From positions 41 to 64,040 of the forward strand of contig DJVK01000006.1 in assembly GCA_002441145.1 (NCBI GenBank): DNA of 64,000 nucleotides, given 5' to 3'. Source of the DNA: Candidatus Saccharibacteria bacterium UBA6258. GTDB taxonomy: Bacteria > Patescibacteriota > Saccharimonadia > Saccharimonadales > Saccharimonadaceae. This document shows, piece after piece, positions 44,018 to 54,226 of the stretch (position 1 is its first letter; each line of letters begins with the position of its first letter). Both the position numbers and the translations under genes were made by a program. The notes below the pieces were generated by a model that was not told the DNA's origin, searched no databases, and worked only from the letters and a program-made list of their open reading frames with translations.

Positions 44018-46738
44018 ATGACAGAATCTGCTGTATTTTTTGCGCACGAACGAATTACTGAAACACCCGAATTGCCAGTCGAAGCCTATCGCGAACAAAT
44101 TACAGACTTAGTCGAAGAAAACCAGATTACTATCATTTCTGCTAAAACAGGAGCAGGTAAAAGTACGCGCGTTCCGCGCTTTTTGTTTGATACGGGCAAG
44201 TATAATCGCATATTTATGACGCAGCCACGAATCATGGCGGCGCGCAACGTTAGCAACCGAATTATCGACGAGATGAACGCCGATGGCCTGCCAGGTAACG
44301 TGCTTACAGGGTATCAAACTGCGCACGAAGGTAATATTACCGAAGAGACGAACGTGAACGTTGTCACGGATGGCCTGTTACTCATGAAGATGCTCGACGA
44401 GGGTCAGATTACAGAACATGACGTCGTCGTGATTGACGAGTTTCATGAGCGCAACACGAATATGGACGTGGTGCTGGCATTATGTATCGAAAAGGGTATC
44501 AAGGTCGTGATTATGAGCGCGACGATTGACGTTGATCGACTGAGTCAGCACTGTGAAAACATTGTAGGTACTGACAATGTCGGGAGTATCGATATCCCCG
44601 GCGTTGTATTTGACGTCGAAGAACATACTACGCCAGAAGACCGTGAGCGAACGATGTCTGCTACGATTGTTCAGGCTGCAAAGCGCGGTGAAAACGTTCT
44701 TGCGTTCGTACCGGGGCGACGCGAAGCGCAGTTGCTCGAAGCGTTGCTGCGTAAGCAGCTCGGTGGCGGAGGCGCATTGATTTTGCAGCTGAATGGTGAC
44801 CAAACGCCAGAGCAACAGCAGCTTGCAATTGACTCTTACGACAGAGGGAAGATAGTTATTTCGACCCCAGTTGGTCAGACGAGCATTACTATTCCCGATA
44901 TTGATACGGTTGTTGACTGTGGGTGGGGGCGAATTGGCGAATATCTGAAGGGTGTCCACGGCGTGCCGGTACAGTCTTGTTCAAGCGCGTCTCTTGATCA
45001 GCGTCGTGGGCGTGTCGGTAGGGTCAAACCCGGCAAATATTACCAGGCGCGTCTTGATAAAGGTCCGGCATTTCCACGGATTGATGCAGAGGGCGATGAT
45101 CAGTATGATATTCCAGAAATATTACGGACTGATATATCAGACGTTACCTTGCGACTTGCTAATGCGGGATTTCGGTTGGCGGCGCTCGAAGGTCTATTTG
45201 ACAAGCCGAAAGACGGCGAAACTGCGCGTGTCGAGCGTCGATTACTGAAACTTGGTGCATTTGCAATTGGTGCTGCAGATTCGGAATATACCATCACCAA
45301 CGAAGGTCGTGGCATGATTAAATATCCACTCGATGCCACTTACGGCCGAATGATTGTCGAAGCTGAAAAGCATTCACCTGAACTACACTTGCAAAGTATC
45401 GCGATGGCGGCAGCGATGCAAGTTAACGGTATTGTGTCGACGAGTCCGGATAATAACGGGTGGAGTGGTTTGGTAAAACAAGAAAATCGGTCAGACCTAG
45501 TCGTCCAGCTAAAGGTTTTCTACGAGGCGCTTATCGCAACGGAGGAAGAGCGCGTATCGTATGGTGTTTACGAGCAACGATTTCAGAAGGCGAAAAAATA
45601 TTACGAGTCCATAGCTAAGGCCGCGGAGCTAGATCCGCTCAATCTTAAGTATCCAAGCGATGAGCAGGTTGAGAAACTGATAGACTGTATTATCGTCAGT
45701 AGTGAAGATGTATTTGTGCGTAGTAGTGAAAAATACCGTGGTGCTACGGGGTCAGCGCGCAAACCGTCGGGTAGCAGTGTGGTACGCCCCGAGTATGCGA
45801 CAATCGCAACTGGCAAACCAATCGATATTGGTAAGATGACCAAAAATGGACCCGAAAAGGATCGGCTAGTCGTTGATCTTACGGCTGTTAACATTGAGCG
45901 ATTGGCGTCAGTTTTGCCAAGCCATCGAGTCGACCGCAAAGTTGTCGGGCACGATATCGTCAAGGGTAAAGTCGTTGAACGACACCAGATAAGTATCGAC
46001 GGACGAACGATGCCACAAACGCTTCGCGGCGAGGTTTCGATGCGCAGCAAAGATGCCGTCGAGACTGGCCTGACCGCCATCTTCGAGCGATTCAGGAGCG
46101 TTGAAGGTATGGAGCTCGCGTCTAATATCGAGAAGTCGCAGATTCGCGAACTACGCGCGGCAATAGATGAACTAGTCGAATTGCAACATCGTACTGACGA
46201 AGACCTAGCGATTGACCGTAAGATACGAGAAATTATCGAAGACGTCGTTGAACGTCATCACGGCCTATATGATGATGACGCAAGCGTTTCGAACATCGCA
46301 AAATTAATCCCCGAAATCCTAAGCGTTGCAGATATCGTTAGCGAGACCAAACGACGCGAACTTGTCGACGGTGCACCTGTGCATATCGAACTACACGGTA
46401 CTCAGGTAGAAGTTTCGTACCATAATAACGTCGCGCATATCGACGCGACAACCGAGACGATATTGGCCGTAACCGACGAAGATATGGATTCCCTAGAAGC
46501 GCAGTTGAACAATCGCGAACTACGTTTCAGGGCAAACAATTTGCCGGGCGCAGGTAAGCGATATTTCACGATCATTGACGCTCAAGAGCGTTATTCTCGA
46601 CGCAGTCGCAGCGAGCGACGCGGTCCGGTTGCACCGCGCACGATTGACATAGAGCGTGAAAACATGAAACACCTTACTGCTCTAAAGTTAGCACAAGGAG
46701 AGTCGGGGACGTTTTATCGTCGTCCCGTCAACGCCTAG
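44018..46738 (+). CDS. DEAH-box ATP-dependent helicase (HrpA/HrpB-like) with a long uncharacterised C-terminal region
   Basis: SAKTGAGKST, VVIDEFHERN, and QRRGRVGR motifs; 906 aa. Confidence 0.88.
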   Translation: MTESAVFFAHERITETPELPVEAYREQITDLVEENQITIISAKTGAGKSTRVPRFLFDTGKYNRIFMTQPRIMAARNVSNRIIDEMNADGLPGNVLTGYQTAHEGNITEETNVNVVTDGLLLMKMLDEGQITEHDVVVIDEFHERNTNMDVVLALCIEKGIKVVIMSATIDVDRLSQHCENIVGTDNVGSIDIPGVVFDVEEHTTPEDRERTMSATIVQAAKRGENVLAFVPGRREAQLLEALLRKQLGGGGALILQLNGDQTPEQQQLAIDSYDRGKIVISTPVGQTSITIPDIDTVVDCGWGRIGEYLKGVHGVPVQSCSSASLDQRRGRVGRVKPGKYYQARLDKGPAFPRIDAEGDDQYDIPEILRTDISDVTLRLANAGFRLAALEGLFDKPKDGETARVERRLLKLGAFAIGAADSEYTITNEGRGMIKYPLDATYGRMIVEAEKHSPELHLQSIAMAAAMQVNGIVSTSPDNNGWSGLVKQENRSDLVVQLKVFYEALIATEEERVSYGVYEQRFQKAKKYYESIAKAAELDPLNLKYPSDEQVEKLIDCIIVSSEDVFVRSSEKYRGATGSARKPSGSSVVRPEYATIATGKPIDIGKMTKNGPEKDRLVVDLTAVNIERLASVLPSHRVDRKVVGHDIVKGKVVERHQISIDGRTMPQTLRGEVSMRSKDAVETGLTAIFERFRSVEGMELASNIEKSQIRELRAAIDELVELQHRTDEDLAIDRKIREIIEDVVERHHGLYDDDASVSNIAKLIPEILSVADIVSETKRRELVDGAPVHIELHGTQVEVSYHNNVAHIDATTETILAVTDEDMDSLEAQLNNRELRFRANNLPGAGKRYFTIIDAQERYSRRSRSERRGPVAPRTIDIERENMKHLTALKLAQGESGTFYRRPVNA

Positions 46739-46791
46739 TACTCAGTACGGTATCAAACGAGCATGGGCGTATCCAGTAAATCCGACGTTAC

Positions 46792-48540
46792 TTACTCTTC
46801 TATAAACCCGCCTGATTGGTGCTTCCAAAGTTTTGCGTATGTACCATTTAGTGCCAGCAATTCTTGGTGCGTGCCGTCTTCGACGATCTTGCCCTGGTCT
46901 AATACGACGATGCGGTCTAACTTAGCGATTGTCGAAAGCCTGTGAGCGATAACGATGCTGGTGCGATGTTCCATGAGGGTCGCGAGTGAATCTTGAATGA
47001 GTTTCTCGCTCTCACTATCGAGCGCAGACGTGGCTTCATCCAAAACGAGAATTGGCGCATCTTTAAGCAACGCACGTGCGATTGCGATACGTTGTCGTTG
47101 GCCGCCACTCAACTTAACACCACGTTCACCAACGAGCGTATCGAGACCGTCCGATTGCTTGCTGATGAAGTCGTAAGCGTTAGCATCCTTTGCGGCTTTG
47201 ATGATTTGTTCGTCAGTCGCATCCGGCATGCCATAGGCGATGTTTTCGCGCAGGGTTCGGTGAAAGAGCATAGGTTCTTGTGGAACGTAAGATATTGCAT
47301 GGCGTAAGCTATCTTGTGTAACTTCGCGAATGTCCTTGCCGTCAATGCGGATAGCCCCGTCCGTTACATCTGCAAAGCGCAGCAATAAATGCGTGACAGT
47401 AGTTTTACCTGCGCCTGATGGGCCAATAAGTCCAACTTTTTGACCTGCCGGAATAGCTAATGTAATGCCGTCAAGTACATCAGATTTGTTGTCGTCGTAG
47501 CGATAACGTACATCAGTGAAGTTAATCGATGGAGACGCAACAGAGAGTTCGACTGCGCTTGGTTTGTCATCAACGATATTGCGCTGAGAGAGCATGTCAC
47601 TCATCGGTGCGGCATCAAGGAGTGCTTGGTCGTACCCATTAAGCATGTCGCCCAGCACGAAAAGTTGCGAACCGATTCGCTGCATATAGGCAAGGACGAA
47701 AATTGCGATTGCAATATCCATACTGCCGTTAAATACCAAATAAGCACAAAGGGCCACTGTACTGATTTGTACGACGGTCATTAAAAGTACTCTAGAAGAC
47801 CCTTCGGTTGTTAAGAAGCCGATATCTTTGAGGTACACTTTTCGGTATCGTGCTGTCTGTTCGCTAATTTTGGCCGTCTCGATGCTCTCATTTGCAAATG
47901 TCTTAACAATCAGGTTGTTCGTAATAGCGTCAGCGACATTGCCGTGAATCTTGCCGCGCAATTCTTTACGCTCCGTGCGCCATTCGGTACGGTGCTTAAT
48001 GCTCCACTTAACTTGGATGATCAGCGCTATGATAAATCCTCCAAGCACGAGTGCTAGCGGCCACATTTGAAACGCAAGAATAAGTAATCCTGAGCCGACG
48101 CTTAAGACGAATCCAAGCGTACGGATGATGAGTAAATCTTGTAGGGCTACTGAACTTCGGACGAAATCGATATAGCGGCTCGTCAGCGCGCCAACTTTTT
48201 GATTAACGAAGAAGTTCATATCTTTGTTTATCACGGTATCGAACGTTGCATTACTCAGTTTTTGAGTGACCGCTGATTCGTGATAAATCATCGTCTTGAA
48301 TCCAATAAAATTTAGTATCGCCCCGCCCAGCCCTACTATCGCGGCTAGTAAAATGTAGTGATAGGTTGCTGGTGCATCCAGTTTGGTCATGGCGCCGATT
48401 GCTTGACTAGAGAAGTAAGGTAGAATCGTATCGATAAGTAATGCGCCGATCGGTATCGCACAAAGCATGATGAAGAAGCTTGGTTTATGTTGTTTAATCT
48501 GTTGCCAATAGAGCCACAGCGTATATTTATTTGTACTCAC
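46792..48540 (-). CDS. ABC exporter, fused permease/ATPase (MsbA-like), GTG start
   Basis: Six-TM N-domain. GPSGAGKTT, LSGGQRQRIAIARAL, and ILVLDEATSALD. AAGGAGG SD. Confidence 0.92.
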   Translation of the reverse strand: MSTNKYTLWLYWQQIKQHKPSFFIMLCAIPIGALLIDTILPYFSSQAIGAMTKLDAPATYHYILLAAIVGLGGAILNFIGFKTMIYHESAVTQKLSNATFDTVINKDMNFFVNQKVGALTSRYIDFVRSSVALQDLLIIRTLGFVLSVGSGLLILAFQMWPLALVLGGFIIALIIQVKWSIKHRTEWRTERKELRGKIHGNVADAITNNLIVKTFANESIETAKISEQTARYRKVYLKDIGFLTTEGSSRVLLMTVVQISTVALCAYLVFNGSMDIAIAIFVLAYMQRIGSQLFVLGDMLNGYDQALLDAAPMSDMLSQRNIVDDKPSAVELSVASPSINFTDVRYRYDDNKSDVLDGITLAIPAGQKVGLIGPSGAGKTTVTHLLLRFADVTDGAIRIDGKDIREVTQDSLRHAISYVPQEPMLFHRTLRENIAYGMPDATDEQIIKAAKDANAYDFISKQSDGLDTLVGERGVKLSGGQRQRIAIARALLKDAPILVLDEATSALDSESEKLIQDSLATLMEHRTSIVIAHRLSTIAKLDRIVVLDQGKIVEDGTHQELLALNGTYAKLWKHQSGGFIEE

Positions 48541-48696
48541 AGTCCTCCTTACGGGGTAATCCGCGAATGAGTTCGCAGAGTTGATGGTTTATATGTTTTA
48601 TTCTTGATCGCTAGCGGTTCTGCTCGTCAGAACGTTTGCGAGTAGAGGAACCTGGCGGTTCATAGTATGTACAAGTATAAGGTATAATGGTTACAT

Positions 48697-49593
48697 ATGC
48701 AAAAAATTATCCTTTATTATAAATTTGCTCCTGTTGCCGACCCGCTCCTCTTGAAGCTATGGCAAAAGACGCTTTGCGACTCGTTAGACTTACGTGGCCG
48801 CATTCTTGTCAGCCCGCACGGCATTAATGGCACACTAGGCGGCGATATTGAAGATCTCAAAAAATACATCAAAGCCGCGAAAGAGTTCCCTGGTTTTAAA
48901 GACACAGTCTTCAAATGGAGCGACGGCACTCGCGAAGATTTCCCGCGGATGAGCGTGAAGGTTAAAAAGGAGCTTGTAGCATTTGACGCGGCTGACGAAA
49001 CGGTAGTCGACGAAAATGGCGTGGTTGGTGGCGGCCCGCATCTTAAGCCCGAACAAGTGAACGAAATGGTAGAGCAGTATGGTGACGACGTTGTATTCTT
49101 CGACGGGCGTAATCATTACGAAGCGTTGGTCGGGAAGTTCAAAAACGCAATCGTGCCAGATACGCGTACCTCTCGTGATTTTATCCGCGAGCTTGAAAGC
49201 GGTAAGTATGATGACATCAAGGATAAGAAAATAATCACGTACTGTACGGGTGGCGTGCGTTGCGAGCTGCTGAGCTCGATGATGAAAAAGCGTGGCTTTA
49301 ATGACGTGTATCAAATAGATGGCGGTATCGTTAAGTACGGCGAGAAATATGGCGACGATGGTTTATGGGAAGGCAACTTGTACGTATTTGATGGGCGTAT
49401 GGGTGTCGATTTTAGCGATCATGCCAAGACAGTAGGTAAGTGTACTCATTGCAACGAGCCTACCAGCAAGTTTGAAAACTGTGCGCTGCCAACATGCAAC
49501 GCGCTGGTGCTAATTTGTAAAAAGTGTTCTGAGACTAGTCAAAACCGCTTTCATAAGGTAGAATGTTATCGACAAACGACGCTAAAAGCCTAG
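48697..49593 (+). CDS. trhO: rhodanese-domain tRNA uridine(34) hydroxylase (YceA/UPF0176)
   Basis: YKFAPV start and rhodanese active loop YCTGGVRCE; C-terminal Cys cluster. Confidence 0.85.
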   Translation: MQKIILYYKFAPVADPLLLKLWQKTLCDSLDLRGRILVSPHGINGTLGGDIEDLKKYIKAAKEFPGFKDTVFKWSDGTREDFPRMSVKVKKELVAFDAADETVVDENGVVGGGPHLKPEQVNEMVEQYGDDVVFFDGRNHYEALVGKFKNAIVPDTRTSRDFIRELESGKYDDIKDKKIITYCTGGVRCELLSSMMKKRGFNDVYQIDGGIVKYGEKYGDDGLWEGNLYVFDGRMGVDFSDHAKTVGKCTHCNEPTSKFENCALPTCNALVLICKKCSETSQNRFHKVECYRQTTLKA

Positions 49594-49624
49594 GTAAATT
49601 AGCAAAGAATACAACAATAATTGA

Positions 49625-49654
49625 TTGACAAGGTATTGTAAACCATTTACAATA
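49625..49654 (+). promoter_or_regulatory. promoter with an overlapping 9-3-9 palindromic operator (candidate Fur-family box)
   Basis: TTGACA (49625-49630), a 17-nt spacer, then TACAAT (49648-49653). Perfect palindrome TATTGTAAA-CCA-TTTACAATA at 49634-49654. Confidence 0.6.
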
Positions 49655-49663
49655 ATATAAACT

Positions 49664-50077
49664 ATGATAGTAAAACGCAGATCAACAAAATACACCGCCG
49701 AAGTGCGACGGATTATTGCCTCATTTGGGCATGCAACGAATGCTCAGATAGCTTCGAAATTACGCGAAGATTACCCTGCAGTGAGTGATACCACCGTGCA
49801 CCGTGTGACGCAGCGTCTCCACGCAGACGGTGATATTGGTGTTGCGCCTAGTTCACTGACAGGCTGTATGCGTTATGATGTAACCACCGAACAGCACGAC
49901 CATTTCGAGTGCTTAGAATGTGACAACTTGCGCGATATTCACGTTCCCGATGCGGCACGCGAACTTATCCAGGCGGAGCTAGGTATGTGCAAGCTGAACG
50001 GCCCGCTAACCGTGACTGGTGGATGTGGTAACTGTGTAGATGAACAAGGCGCCACTGCGGCGACGGTATGTCACTAA
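49664..50077 (+). CDS. Fur-family metalloregulator (Fur/Zur/PerR-like)
   Basis: Winged-helix N-domain (ATNAQIASKLREDYPAVSDTTVHRVTQRL), HDHFECLEC, and a C-terminal CGNC. Confidence 0.85.
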   Translation: MIVKRRSTKYTAEVRRIIASFGHATNAQIASKLREDYPAVSDTTVHRVTQRLHADGDIGVAPSSLTGCMRYDVTTEQHDHFECLECDNLRDIHVPDAARELIQAELGMCKLNGPLTVTGGCGNCVDEQGATAATVCH

Positions 50078-50409
50078 TGGCATTATTGAACACGCAAACT
50101 CATGAAGAATTTAGTAAACAGGTGCTTGAGAGCAAAAAAGTTGTCTTGGTAGACTTTTGGGCTGTTTGGTGTCCGCCATGCCGAATGATGGCGCCTATCT
50201 TAGAAAAAATTGCAAAAAGCATGGATGCTGATGTTGATGTCGTGAAGGTTAACGTCGAAGAGTCTCAAGACAATAGTTTACTGGCGCAAAACTATGGCGT
50301 CCAGGGTATTCCTAATATGCAGATATTTAAAAATGGCGTCGTCGTCAAAGAACTTGTCGGCATGATGCCCGAACCTGTCGTCGTCGACGAACTCAAAAAA
50401 TATATTTAA
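50068..50409 (+). CDS. trxA: thioredoxin with a WCPPC active site
   Basis: VLVDFWAVWCPPCRMMAP. An alternative in-frame start at 50077 forms a TAATG overlap with the regulator's stop. Confidence 0.9.
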   Translation: MSLMALLNTQTHEEFSKQVLESKKVVLVDFWAVWCPPCRMMAPILEKIAKSMDADVDVVKVNVEESQDNSLLAQNYGVQGIPNMQIFKNGVVVKELVGMMPEPVVVDELKKYI

Positions 50410-50463
50410 CATATGCGCTCTGGTCGTCTATCGACTAAACATTAGCTGCGTTATACTAATAGG

Positions 50464-51942
50464 GTGAACAAATCACTCGAAGCCAAACTGAAGACATTGC
50501 CAAATTCTCCTGGCGTTTATTTTCATAAGTCAGCTACGGGCGAAATTATCTATGTCGGTAAAGCGGCGGTATTAAAAAACCGCGTACGACAGTATTTTCA
50601 GAGTAAAAAAGATTTCGATGTAAAGACGTTGGCGCTTGTCGCCGAAATTGAAGATACCGATTGGCTCGAAACGGAGAGCGAGATTGACGCACTATTTCTT
50701 GAAAGCGAAATGGTTAAGCGGTATATGCCACGTTTCAACGTATTGCTGCGTGATGATAAATCACAGACGTTCGTTCGTATCGATATGAAAAGCGAATGGC
50801 CAAGCGTCACGTTTACCCGTAATCCTGCAGACGATGGAGCAAAGTATTTTGGCCCATTTTATAACGGTTTTGCTGTCAAAAAAGCGCTCCGCTATTTGCG
50901 ACGCGTGTTCCCGTATTACACCAAGCCGCCAAGTGGCAGTCGCCCTGATTTAGATGCACATCTTGGCTTAGCGCCGGGGCGTGATGTAACGAGCCACGAG
51001 TACAAGGCAAGCTTACGCAAGCTTATCAAATATATCGAAGGCGGTCGCGCTACGATAACGAACGAAATTGAACGTGACATGAAGCGTGCGGCACGTCTAC
51101 GCGAATTCGAAACGGCAGCGCAGTTGCGCAATAAACTTTCGTATCTTAAAGAGTTGCAGCGCCGCATAATGTTTGGCGACAAAGAATTTTTAGATATTAG
51201 CAAAGACCGGGCGTTGCAAGATCTGCAAGAGTTGCTGGCACTCCCAAAGACGCCATCGCGAATCGAAGGCTACGATATTTCGCACATGAGTGGCACGAAT
51301 GTTGTTGCGAGTATGGTGGTATTTACTAATGGTGTTAGTGATCGCAGCCAGTATCGTAAGTTTAAAACCCGAGTCGAGCATAATGACGATTTCTTTAATA
51401 TGAATGAAACCATTGGGCGAAGGTTCAGCGAAAAGAATGTCAAAGCGTGGGGTATGCCGAAGTTGGTGCTGATAGATGGCGGTAAAGGGCAGCTGGACGC
51501 TGCCTTGCAGGCGCGTGATGAGCGTGAAGTCGCCGTACCTATGATTGGGCTCGCCAAACGGCAAGAGCAAATCGTTATCCATCACACAAAATCGAACGTG
51601 CAACTAAACAAACAAAAGCTCGATGAACTTGGTGGACATTATATGACATCAGATACTTTTACGTTGGTCAGCTTGCCGCATAGCACGCATATTGTAAAGT
51701 TATTGCAACGTATTCGCGACGAATCTCATCGTTTTGCGGTCAGTTATCACACCACGCTTAAGCGGGGCGGCCAGACAAAGAGCAAGCTCGACGACGTACC
51801 GGGTATTGGGCCAGTTACGCGTAAGAAACTTATTAGAACGTTTGGCAGTTTGCGTGGGGTCCAGGCTGCGTCAGAGCAAGAACTGACTAAGGCCGTTGGT
51901 CAATCGCGTGCTCAGGCCATCAAAGCATATTTGAGCCAGTAA
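50464..51942 (+). CDS. uvrC: excinuclease ABC subunit C (compact, 492 aa, GTG start)
   Basis: GIY-YIG (PGVYFHKSATGEIIYVGKA), UVR (FETAAQLRNKLSYLKEL), IEGYDISH, and a C-terminal HhH (VPGIGPVTRKKL). Confidence 0.92.
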   Translation: MNKSLEAKLKTLPNSPGVYFHKSATGEIIYVGKAAVLKNRVRQYFQSKKDFDVKTLALVAEIEDTDWLETESEIDALFLESEMVKRYMPRFNVLLRDDKSQTFVRIDMKSEWPSVTFTRNPADDGAKYFGPFYNGFAVKKALRYLRRVFPYYTKPPSGSRPDLDAHLGLAPGRDVTSHEYKASLRKLIKYIEGGRATITNEIERDMKRAARLREFETAAQLRNKLSYLKELQRRIMFGDKEFLDISKDRALQDLQELLALPKTPSRIEGYDISHMSGTNVVASMVVFTNGVSDRSQYRKFKTRVEHNDDFFNMNETIGRRFSEKNVKAWGMPKLVLIDGGKGQLDAALQARDEREVAVPMIGLAKRQEQIVIHHTKSNVQLNKQKLDELGGHYMTSDTFTLVSLPHSTHIVKLLQRIRDESHRFAVSYHTTLKRGGQTKSKLDDVPGIGPVTRKKLIRTFGSLRGVQAASEQELTKAVGQSRAQAIKAYLSQ

Positions 51943-51966
51943 TTCGGCTTATGGTATAGTGAAACC

Positions 51967-52335
51967 ATGAACAAAACTCAAGGACGAGGATTTACGATTA
52001 CCGAACTATTGGTAGTACTCGTCGTGATTGGGGTGTTGGTGACAATCACCATTTTCGGCTTTGGGGCGTGGCGTACACGAACGGCTAAGACCGAAGTCAA
52101 AAGTGAGCTGACTCATATTCAGACAGCAATCAAAAACTATCGTAACTTTAATAATACGTACCCGGCGGCACTGTCGGCTATTCCGTACGTGACAAAAAAT
52201 GGCATCACGGTTACCTACACGCCATACGCGAGTGATGCCGGGTATTGCCTGTCTGCATATAGCACCGAAGCCACGACGGGTACATGGTATATAGGTACGA
52301 CTGGTTCGACGACTCCGTCGACAACCGCGTGTTAA
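51967..52335 (+). CDS. type IV pilin-like protein
   Basis: MNKTQGRG/FTITELLVVLVVIGVLVTI. Confidence 0.85.
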   Translation: MNKTQGRGFTITELLVVLVVIGVLVTITIFGFGAWRTRTAKTEVKSELTHIQTAIKNYRNFNNTYPAALSAIPYVTKNGITVTYTPYASDAGYCLSAYSTEATTGTWYIGTTGSTTPSTTAC

Positions 52336-52350
52336 TGGTAAGCTGTAAGT

Positions 52351-53544
52351 ATGAACCAAGCCTTTCACGTTGCTAATAGAAAACGATTTGCCGAAGCAAG
52401 TAGTGGCGGCTTGGTAGTTTTGGCTGGGTATCAGGCTATGCAAGAATCTGGCGATATGGCCGCGCCGTTTGTTCAAGAGGCAAATTTTTGGTGGCTGACG
52501 GGCATTGAGCAACCGGGATGGCATGTCATTATCGACACTGCACGGCATCATACGACGCTTGTACGACCCGCTATGACAACTGTTCAAATTACGTTCGAGG
52601 GTCAGATGAGCGACGAAGATGTAACGGCTATTAGTGGCTGCGACAATATTATCGCCAGCAAAGATTTTGAGGCTGAATTACGACAGTTGCGCCGTAAGCA
52701 TAGCGTCGTTCATACCGTATACGAAAAGAACCACTATGATTTTGTCGCTAACCCAGCTGCTCACGAACTGCATGCTACGCTGAGCCGAATATTTAGTTCG
52801 GTATTGCAGTGCGACAAGCAACTGCATGCCCTGCGTGCGATTAAGCAACCCGAAGAAATCGCTCGTATGCGCAAGGCTATCGCGTTGACCTGCGACGCAT
52901 TCAAGGCAGTACGAGGACAGTTACAGGAATACAAACATGAGTATGAAATCGAAGCCGATTTTACGCGTACCTTCAGGCGCAAAAATGCTCGACATGCCTA
53001 TACGCCGATAGTTGCGCAGGGCGATAATGCTTGCACGTTACACTATGTTGATAATAGCGATAAAGTAACGCAGCGTAAGATGATATTGATTGATATTGGT
53101 GCACGCGTCGACGGGTACTGTGCTGATATCACACGGACATACGCCATCAATCCCACTAAGCGCCAGATTGCCGTTCACGCGGCCGTGGAGCGCGCCCAGC
53201 GACGTGTCATCGCTTTGTTGAAGCCAGGCCTGTTGGTTACCGACTATATCCATGAGGTTGATGAAATCATGAAGGATGCTCTTCAAGAAGTAGATCTATT
53301 AAAAGACAGGAACGATACCGATACCTATCGTAAATATTTCCCGCATTCGATTAGTCATGGGCTCGGTATCGATCCTCACGACAGCCTGGGTTCGCCTCGT
53401 TATTTCGAACCCGGCATGGTGTTAACTAGTGAACCGGGGATTTATATACCCGAAGAGGGAATTGGCGTACGTATCGAAGATGACATTTTAATCACTACGT
53501 CCGGTAGTGAGAATCTTAGCCGCAGCCTACCGACCGCCTTATAG
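52351..53544 (+). CDS. M24-family Xaa-Pro aminopeptidase
   Basis: DIGARVDGYCADITRT, HSISHGLGIDPHD, and EPGIYIP...GVRIED metal-ligand pattern. Confidence 0.88.
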   Translation: MNQAFHVANRKRFAEASSGGLVVLAGYQAMQESGDMAAPFVQEANFWWLTGIEQPGWHVIIDTARHHTTLVRPAMTTVQITFEGQMSDEDVTAISGCDNIIASKDFEAELRQLRRKHSVVHTVYEKNHYDFVANPAAHELHATLSRIFSSVLQCDKQLHALRAIKQPEEIARMRKAIALTCDAFKAVRGQLQEYKHEYEIEADFTRTFRRKNARHAYTPIVAQGDNACTLHYVDNSDKVTQRKMILIDIGARVDGYCADITRTYAINPTKRQIAVHAAVERAQRRVIALLKPGLLVTDYIHEVDEIMKDALQEVDLLKDRNDTDTYRKYFPHSISHGLGIDPHDSLGSPRYFEPGMVLTSEPGIYIPEEGIGVRIEDDILITTSGSENLSRSLPTAL

Positions 53545-53586
53545 CTAGCGCTCACGGCCAATAAAAGGTATACTGTAAGGTAATAT

Positions 53587-53982
53587 ATGAAACGGCAATT
53601 GTTTATATTTACTATCCGATGGATACTAAATTCCTTTGGCTTATGGGTCGCAGTCCGTATTTTCGGTACCGGCTACAGTGGTGCTGAAATTGACGCCAGC
53701 GCATCGGTGTTTTTAGTTGCCGGGTTGATCTTCTCAGTTGTTAACGCGGTATTGAAGCCCGCGGTTATTATATTGGCTCTCCCCGCGATTCTTATTACGC
53801 TCGGTTTGTTCACTATCGTCGTCAACGGCCTGATGGTCTATATTTCGCTTAAGCTCGCCCCTGGCCTGATGATGACATTCTGGCACTCGGTATTAACCGG
53901 ATTAGTGTTAAGTCTGGTAAACTATATAGTAAGTAGCGCACTCGAATTAGAATATACGCGCGTACGCAAGGAGAAGATATGA
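53587..53982 (+). CDS. phage-holin-family-4-like (YvlD-type) small membrane protein
   Basis: Four predicted TM helices; FSVVNAVLKPAVIILALPAILITLGLFTIVVNGLM. Confidence 0.7.
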   Translation: MKRQLFIFTIRWILNSFGLWVAVRIFGTGYSGAEIDASASVFLVAGLIFSVVNAVLKPAVIILALPAILITLGLFTIVVNGLMVYISLKLAPGLMMTFWHSVLTGLVLSLVNYIVSSALELEYTRVRKEKI

Positions 53983-54212
53983 GTTTAGATAGTATTTTGC
54001 AGATTGTGACCATTGGCTCGGCTCTGCTTATGATCATTGCAATTTTACTGCAGCAACGCGGTGCTAGCTTGGGTGCCGGATTCGGTGGTTCGAGCGAACT
54101 TTACACGACCCGTCGCGGCCTCGACAAGAACTTATTTGAAGTTACTATTTTTCTTGCCATTACCTTTATTTTGTCGATACTGGTCGGCCTCGTGCTCCCT
54201 AACCTTAAGTAA
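53979..54212 (+). CDS. secG: preprotein translocase subunit SecG
   Basis: Two TM helices flanking LLQQRGASLGAGFGGS; 77 aa. Confidence 0.85.
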   Translation: MSLDSILQIVTIGSALLMIIAILLQQRGASLGAGFGGSSELYTTRRGLDKNLFEVTIFLAITFILSILVGLVLPNLK

Positions 54213-54226
54213 GGACTATTCTTCTA

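Noticed and set aside
44480-46080. Two 159-aa minus-strand ORFs (44480-44959, 45601-46080).
   Set aside because: They are antisense within the DEAH helicase gene, and the helicase's motifs validate the plus frame.
52006-52587. 193-aa minus-strand ORF.
   Set aside because: It is antisense to the pilin-like gene and the M24 peptidase, both of which have clear family signatures. Its Arg/Cys/Ser-rich composition is typical of antisense frames.
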